Below, one piece after another: positions 58,656-64,000 of a DNA stretch of 64,000 bases. Position 1 is the first letter of the stretch. Each line of letters opens with the position of its first letter. Both the position numbers and the translations under genes were made by a program. This DNA is from Planctomycetota bacterium (GTDB lineage Bacteria > Planctomycetota > PLA2 > JAEUHO01): positions 32,001 to 96,000 of the forward strand of contig CBDCWP010000007.1 in the NCBI GenBank assembly GCA_965223505.1, in the 5' to 3' direction. The notes under the pieces are model-generated. The model was not told where the DNA came from. It worked only from the letters and a program-made list of their open reading frames with translations, and did not search any database.

Positions 58656-59837
58656 ATGGATCCCGAGTACCGCAGCGACATCAACCGCGACGTCGCGCCC
58701 GCCGGCGCGGACGAGTTCGACCCGCTGCAGATCGGGCCGCTCGAGGTCTGGCCGCCGGTCGTCCTCGCACCGATGGCCGGCGTGACCAACTACCCCTTCC
58801 GCAAGCTCTGCAAGGAATACGGCGCAGGGCTCTACGTGAGCGAGATGATCACGGCGCGCGGGATCGTCAACGAGCATCCCAAGTCGCTCAAGCTCGCCGA
58901 CTTCGGACCGGACGAGTCGCCGCGCTCGCTGCAACTCTACGGCGTCGAGCCGGTTTCGATGCGCGAGGCCGCGCGCCGGCTCGCGTCGGACGGGCGCGTC
59001 GATCACATCGACCTCAACTTCGGCTGTCCGGTGCGCAAGGTGACCTCGAAGGGCGGGGGCAGCGCGATCCCCGCCAAGCCGAAGCTGCTCGCCAAGCTGG
59101 TCGGCGCGACGGTCGAAGGCGCGCGCGACGTACCGGTCACGATCAAGTTCCGCATGGGCATCGACGAAGACCTGATGACCTACCTCGACGCCGGCCGTGT
59201 CGGCGAGGAGCAAGGGTGCGCGTCGGTCGGGCTGCACGCCCGCACGGCGGCGCAGCTCTACGACGGCGAAGCGCGCTGGGAGGCGATCGCCGAGCTCAAG
59301 CAGGCCGTGACGTCGATTCCGGTGCTCGGCAACGGGGACATCTGGGAGGCGCAGGACGCGTTGCGCATGATGCGCACGACCGGCTGCGACGGCGTGATCG
59401 TCGGTCGCGGATGCCTCGGCCGGCCCTGGCTCTTCCGCGATCTCGCGGACGTCTTCGACGGGCGGGAGCCCCGAAATCCCCCCAACTTCGGCGAGGTGGC
59501 GCAGATCCTGCTGCGTCACGCGCACTTGATGAGCGATTGGTTCGGCGCATGGCGCGGCATGCTGATGATGCGCAAGTTCGTCGCGTGGTACACGAAGAGC
59601 TTCCCCGGCGGCGCCGCGCTCCGACACCGGCTCGTGAAGGTCGAGTCGATCGAGGAGCTGGAGAAGGGGTTGAAGGAGATCGATCCGGAAACGCCGTTTC
59701 CGCCGGCCGGCATGCGCGTGCGACGCGGGAAGACCTCGGGCACGCAGAAGGTGCACCTACCCGACGGGTACCTCGACGACCTCGATGACGACACGCCGCC
59801 GGGCCGAGCCGCGGAAGCACTGGTGTCGGGCGGGTAG
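58656..59837 (+). CDS. dusB: tRNA-dihydrouridine synthase B
   Basis: LAPMAG, NFGCP, HART, GNGDI, GRG.LG.PW. Confidence 0.9.
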   Translation: MDPEYRSDINRDVAPAGADEFDPLQIGPLEVWPPVVLAPMAGVTNYPFRKLCKEYGAGLYVSEMITARGIVNEHPKSLKLADFGPDESPRSLQLYGVEPVSMREAARRLASDGRVDHIDLNFGCPVRKVTSKGGGSAIPAKPKLLAKLVGATVEGARDVPVTIKFRMGIDEDLMTYLDAGRVGEEQGCASVGLHARTAAQLYDGEARWEAIAELKQAVTSIPVLGNGDIWEAQDALRMMRTTGCDGVIVGRGCLGRPWLFRDLADVFDGREPRNPPNFGEVAQILLRHAHLMSDWFGAWRGMLMMRKFVAWYTKSFPGGAALRHRLVKVESIEELEKGLKEIDPETPFPPAGMRVRRGKTSGTQKVHLPDGYLDDLDDDTPPGRAAEALVSGG

Positions 59838-59839
59838 CG

Positions 59840-60706
59840 TCACTTTCCGAACCGGCGCTTGCGCTGCTGGTACGCGCGCACGATGCGCAGCAGATCGAGC
59901 TTACGAAACGACGGGAAGTGCACGTCCGTGAAGAACAGCTCCGAGTACGCGGCCTGGTACAGCAGGAAGTTGCTCAGGCGCGATTCGCCGCCCGTACGGA
60001 TGATCAGGTCGGGATCGTCGCCGCCGGTGTACAGGTGACGGCCGAGCATCTCCTCGTCGATCGAGTCGCGGTCCACCTCGCCGTTCTCGATCTTGGTCAG
60101 GAGCGACTTGAACGCGTCGATGATCTCCTGGCGGCCGCCGTAGGCGATGCAGAAGTTCAGCCGATAGGCGTCGAAGTCCTTCGTGGCCGTGTCAACAAGG
60201 TCGATCGCGTCGAGCACGTCCTGGGGGAGCAACTCGGTGCGGCCGAGGACGCGAACGCGCACGCGATTGCCGAGGATGCGCGGGTCCTCCGCCATCGCTG
60301 CCAGCTTGTGGGCGAAGAGCTCCATGAGCATCGCGACCTCGCGGTCCGACCGGTCGAAGTTCTCGGTCGAGAACGCGTACAGCGTCATCGTCTTGATGCC
60401 GACCTCGCGGCCCCAGTCGACGAGCGCCTCGACGGTGTGTGAGCCGAGCTCGTGTCCCTCCCAGGGGAGGCGTCCGTGCGCCTTCGCGTGGCGGCGGTTG
60501 CCGTCCATGATGAAGCCGACGTGCTCCGGAACGGGCAGCTTCTCGATCTCCCGGCTCAGGCGCCGCTCGTACATGCGGTAGGCGGCGCGCTTCACGAGTC
60601 CGGGGATCTGCCAGGCCAATCGACTCCTCCGCGCAGATTCAACCCCGGAAGCGGCGAAAGGGGCACTCAAGACCGCGGCGAACCGGCGCGCCGCCGTGAC
60701 CGTCAC
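59840..60706 (-). CDS. uppS: cis-isoprenyl (undecaprenyl) diphosphate synthase
   Basis: IMDGNRR, FSTENF.R, YGGR.EI, IRTGGE.RLSNFL. Confidence 0.88.
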   Translation of the reverse strand: MTVTAARRFAAVLSAPFAASGVESARRSRLAWQIPGLVKRAAYRMYERRLSREIEKLPVPEHVGFIMDGNRRHAKAHGRLPWEGHELGSHTVEALVDWGREVGIKTMTLYAFSTENFDRSDREVAMLMELFAHKLAAMAEDPRILGNRVRVRVLGRTELLPQDVLDAIDLVDTATKDFDAYRLNFCIAYGGRQEIIDAFKSLLTKIENGEVDRDSIDEEMLGRHLYTGGDDPDLIIRTGGESRLSNFLLYQAAYSELFFTDVHFPSFRKLDLLRIVRAYQQRKRRFGK

Positions 60707-60778
60707 GACGCGGAACTCCTCTCCATGAGCCGGCAGGACTCGAGCATTTGGACCCGGGCGGTTCGACCGCCCGGGTCC

Positions 60779-62653
60779 TCACCGCAGCACGCCCACCTCG
60801 AGGTGGCTCGGGTGGGCCTTGGAGCGGTGAATCGTGTTCGTGACCGTGATGAAGTCCTCCTCGTTCGCCTCGAAGATGTTCGGGACGTACTTCTGGGGAT
60901 TGCGGTCGATGAACGGAAACCAGGTGCTCTGCACCTGGATCATCACGCGGTGCCCACGCTTGAACGTGTGCAGCACGTCCTGCAGCTCGAACGAGATCTT
61001 CGCGACCTCGTTCGGCGTGAACGGCTTCGGGGTCTCGTAGCTCTCGCGGAAACGTCCCCGGATCACGTCGGCGCGAACGAGGGTCTGCTGCCCCCCGCGA
61101 TTGGGCCCCTTGGACTTCTCGTCGTAGCCCGGGATCTTGTCGGGGTAGACGTCGATGACCTTGACGACGAAGTCCGACGCCGTGCCCGTCGTCGAGACCC
61201 ACAGGTTCGCCATGATCGGGCCGGCCAGCGTCAGGTCGTCCTCGAGCACCTCGGTCTGGTAGACGAGCACGTCCGGACGGCGCGCGGCAAAGCGCTGATC
61301 CTCCGCCATGTAGTCCTTCGACCACCCGCGCGTGATGTCGGCCGTGTACGGAACGGGTTTCGACGGGTCGCTGATGTACGTGTCCGCGCCCTCTGCGGAC
61401 GGCGCTTCGAAGGACAGCCCGCCGTCGGGGCCGAGATGGAGCCTCTTTGTCTCGCGCGCCTTCGGCGGCCAGGCGTCGAAGTTGCGCCAGCGGTTCGCGC
61501 CCGTCTCGAACATGAGCGCCTTGCGCTCGATCTTGGGGTGATCCCCGTCCTTCAGATGGTGCGTGAAGAACGGCAGCTCGATGTTCTCGCGGAAGTAGTC
61601 GCCCGTCTTGAAGCCGAAGTCGGCGTCGCCGAGCTTGCGTCCGTCGCCGCGCCACGCGCCGTGCGACCACGGCCCCATCACAAGGTGGCTGTGGATGCCC
61701 GGGTTCAGCCGCTCGATCGAGGCGAACGTCTTGAGCGGTCCGTACAGATCCTCGGTGTCGTACCACCCGCCCACGACCATGACCGCCGCCTTGATGTTCT
61801 TCAGGTGCGGGAGGATGTTGCGCGACTGCCAGAACGCGTCGTAGTTCGGGTGTTTCGTCATCTGCGTCCAGAACGGGATCTCGCCCTTCAGGTACTTCTC
61901 GCCGTTGGCGTTCTTCAGCGGCCCCATGTCGAGGAAGAACTGGTAGCCGTCCGGCGTTCCGAGGTCGAAGCCCTCCTCCCACTCGGTGGTGAGCTCCTTG
62001 CGCACCTTGCCGAACGACGAGAAGAAGATGAACGAGAGCGGCAGGACGAACGCGCCGTGATGGTGCATGTCGTCCCAGAACCAGTCGGCGATGGGGGCCT
62101 GGGGCGAGACCGCTTTGAGGGCGGGGTGCGAGTCGATCATGCCGGCGGAGCAGTAGAAGCCCGGGTACGAGACGCCCCATTGCCCCACCTTGCCGTTGTG
62201 ATTCTTCACGTTCTTCAGCAGCCAGGCGATCGTGTCGTAGGTGTCCGTGCTCTCGTCGACCTGCGTGCCCGTCTTGCCCTCGATGTGCGGGCGCATGTTG
62301 ACGAACGCACCTTCGGACATGAACCGGCCGCGCACGTCCTGCGCGACGAAGATAAAGCCCTCCTCTTCGTACTTCTTGCTCGGCCCGAGACGCTCGCGGT
62401 ATCGATCGGCGCCGTACGGACCGATGCTGTAGGGCGTTCGGTACATCAGAAAGGGATACGTCTTCGACGTGTCGTTCGGAACGTAGACGGACGTGAACAG
62501 CCGTACGCCGTCCCGCATGGGCACGCGAACCTCGTACTTGCTGTAGTGCGAGCGGATGTACTCGCCGCGGGTGAGCTTCTCCTTCGCCGCCGCCGTCGCG
62601 CCGAGCGAAGTCGACGCGAGCAGCAGGGCACCGAGGAACAACAGACGACGCAT
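60779..62653 (-). CDS. CocE/NonD family hydrolase (alpha-amino acid ester hydrolase-like)
   Basis: Signal peptide; PMRDGV.L, RTPY, QDVRG, GVSYPG, GPWSH. Confidence 0.9.
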   Translation of the reverse strand: MRRLLFLGALLLASTSLGATAAAKEKLTRGEYIRSHYSKYEVRVPMRDGVRLFTSVYVPNDTSKTYPFLMYRTPYSIGPYGADRYRERLGPSKKYEEEGFIFVAQDVRGRFMSEGAFVNMRPHIEGKTGTQVDESTDTYDTIAWLLKNVKNHNGKVGQWGVSYPGFYCSAGMIDSHPALKAVSPQAPIADWFWDDMHHHGAFVLPLSFIFFSSFGKVRKELTTEWEEGFDLGTPDGYQFFLDMGPLKNANGEKYLKGEIPFWTQMTKHPNYDAFWQSRNILPHLKNIKAAVMVVGGWYDTEDLYGPLKTFASIERLNPGIHSHLVMGPWSHGAWRGDGRKLGDADFGFKTGDYFRENIELPFFTHHLKDGDHPKIERKALMFETGANRWRNFDAWPPKARETKRLHLGPDGGLSFEAPSAEGADTYISDPSKPVPYTADITRGWSKDYMAEDQRFAARRPDVLVYQTEVLEDDLTLAGPIMANLWVSTTGTASDFVVKVIDVYPDKIPGYDEKSKGPNRGGQQTLVRADVIRGRFRESYETPKPFTPNEVAKISFELQDVLHTFKRGHRVMIQVQSTWFPFIDRNPQKYVPNIFEANEEDFITVTNTIHRSKAHPSHLEVGVLR

Positions 62654-62718
62654 GACGACCTCCCGTGGGCGCGAGACGCTACATGGCGTCGTTGCCGGGC
62701 GTCAATCGCGGTGTCGGC

Positions 62719-63651
62719 TCAGAAGCGACGCCGCCTGCGCCGTCGCCGCCGTCGCCGCGGCACGGGCGCCCCCGCGGCAGACGGCGGCGTGCGCAGTGCC
62801 TTCAGGCCCGGAGAGGGCGGCGTACGCAGCAGGGCGTCCAGCGCGTCGCCGATCTCCTTGGCGGAGGCGTATCGGTCGACGGCGTCCTTCGCCAAGGCGC
62901 GATTCACGACGGCTTCGATCTCCGGCGAGACCGTCTCGACGAACGAGTGCAGCGGCGGGGGCGTGGCGTAGAGCTGGCGCCCCAGCACGACCTGCGTGTC
63001 CTCACCGTCGAACACCGGCCGACCGGCCAGCATGTGGAACAGCGTCGCGCCGAGCCCGTAGACGTCGGTCTCGGGTCCGAGCTCCTTGGATCCGGCCTGC
63101 TCGGGACTGGCGTACTCGGCCAGGCCGCGGTGCAGCGTCTGTCCGTTGCCGAGCAGCAGCTCGAGCCGCGTGAGGCCGAGTCCGCCCAGCTTGGCCGGGC
63201 CGTCGTCGGTGATCACGATGCAGCCGGGATGGACCCGCCCGTGGATCACGCCGAGGTCGTGCAGGTAGGTCAGACCGGCGGCGACGTCCCGCGCCACGCG
63301 CACGGCCAGCTCTTCGGTGAGCGCTCCGCGTTCGAGGAGCGTTCTGACGTCGCGGCCCTCCGGGCGCTCGAACACGACGTAGCAGAAGCCGTCGTCTTCG
63401 CCGACGTCGAGCCCCGACACGATCCGGGGATGCCGGAGCTTGGCGACGTCACGCGCGTAGCGAAAGAACCGTTCCCGGCCGGCGGGATCGCGGGCCTGGT
63501 CCGGCGCGAGGACCTTGAGCGTCACGAGGCGGTCGAGGGACTCCTGACGCGCCGTGTAGACCGGCCCCGTCGCGCAGCGCTCCACGAGCTCGATCGGGCT
63601 GTAGCCGCCGACGCGGCGTCGCCGCGGTTGCTGTCCTTCGTCGGTCGACAT
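62719..63651 (-). CDS. Ser/Thr kinase-like protein, probable pseudokinase
   Basis: Kinase fold (TLK, SPEQ, DVYGLG) but HGRVHP replaces HRD and GGLG replaces DFG; poly-Arg tail. Confidence 0.8.
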   Translation of the reverse strand: MSTDEGQQPRRRRVGGYSPIELVERCATGPVYTARQESLDRLVTLKVLAPDQARDPAGRERFFRYARDVAKLRHPRIVSGLDVGEDDGFCYVVFERPEGRDVRTLLERGALTEELAVRVARDVAAGLTYLHDLGVIHGRVHPGCIVITDDGPAKLGGLGLTRLELLLGNGQTLHRGLAEYASPEQAGSKELGPETDVYGLGATLFHMLAGRPVFDGEDTQVVLGRQLYATPPPLHSFVETVSPEIEAVVNRALAKDAVDRYASAKEIGDALDALLRTPPSPGLKALRTPPSAAGAPVPRRRRRRRRRRRF

Positions 63652-63724
63652 CCCCGCTCCCGTTGGAATCCCACCTGGGGACTCACGTTGCAACGAGCAT
63701 GCCGCGCGACACCGCGGCGGCGAT

Positions 63725-64000
63725 TCACGGCGATCGACGCGTGGCGCGGCGCTTTGCGCGGGTACCACGTGTCCGGCGGGCGTAGCTTCGTTTGACAGCG
63801 TGCAGATTCGCACGGCCCGCGACGGCGGCTCGCGGCGCGAGACCGGGAGGCGCTCCGACAGGCTCCGGAGGCCATTCGTCGAGCCGCCGCGCGACGGCGC
63901 GCATCCACAGGAGGCAGAGTAGCGCGAGCGCCGGCACGGTGATCAGGAACGCGAGTGGGACGAACAGTGCGACGACCGCGTGGACGACGCCAGTGGCGGC
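63725..64000 (-). CDS. Membrane protein C-terminal end, 5'-partial
   Basis: Hydrophobic stretch VVALFVPLAFLITVPALALLCLLW open to the window edge. Confidence 0.4.
   Translation of the reverse strand, partial: AATGVVHAVVALFVPLAFLITVPALALLCLLWMRAVARRLDEWPPEPVGAPPGLAPRAAVAGRANLHAVKRSYARRTRGTRAKRRATRRSP

Noticed and set aside
60452..62971. Long antisense ORFs such as the 839-aa, 756-aa and 747-aa frames
   Set aside because: They mirror well-supported genes on the opposite strand and carry no recognisable motifs

Overview
GC-rich bacterial window. Gene content (sulfatase-like lipoproteins, FGE-domain, HEAT-repeat, rhomboid, ECF sigma, Ser/Thr kinases, PEP-CTERM remnant) suggests a Planctomycetota-like organism; this is inference only. 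Most of it is housekeeping and envelope genes (folD, dnaJ-like, lpxH, dacB, rarA, XPB-like helicase, dinB, hemF, dusB, uppS, a 6-deoxy-HexNAc nucleotide-sugar cluster). Highlights: (1) a hidden selenoprotein at 55652-56689, split by the ORF track, with signal peptide + four EF-hands + iodothyronine-deiodinase-like domain, an in-frame UGA in FGSHT-U-GPF and a SECIS-like hairpin right after it; (2) an ECF sigma / anti-sigma / RND efflux locus with a CxxC-repeat lipoprotein, a shared GGAATC-N15-GGCACAnAG promoter-like motif, and a one-base frameshift in the sigma gene; (3) a decayed ~4.6 kb island at tRNA-Val(CAC) with a 12-bp att-like repeat, integrase, IS256 and IS3 remnants, and an in-frame IS256-transposase::PEP-CTERM chimera; (4) GTAG-type REP/REPIN clusters; (5) a Cys-rich OprO/P-type porin, a collapsed copA relic and several probable pseudoenzymes. 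All family calls are from motif recognition by eye, with no database searches.
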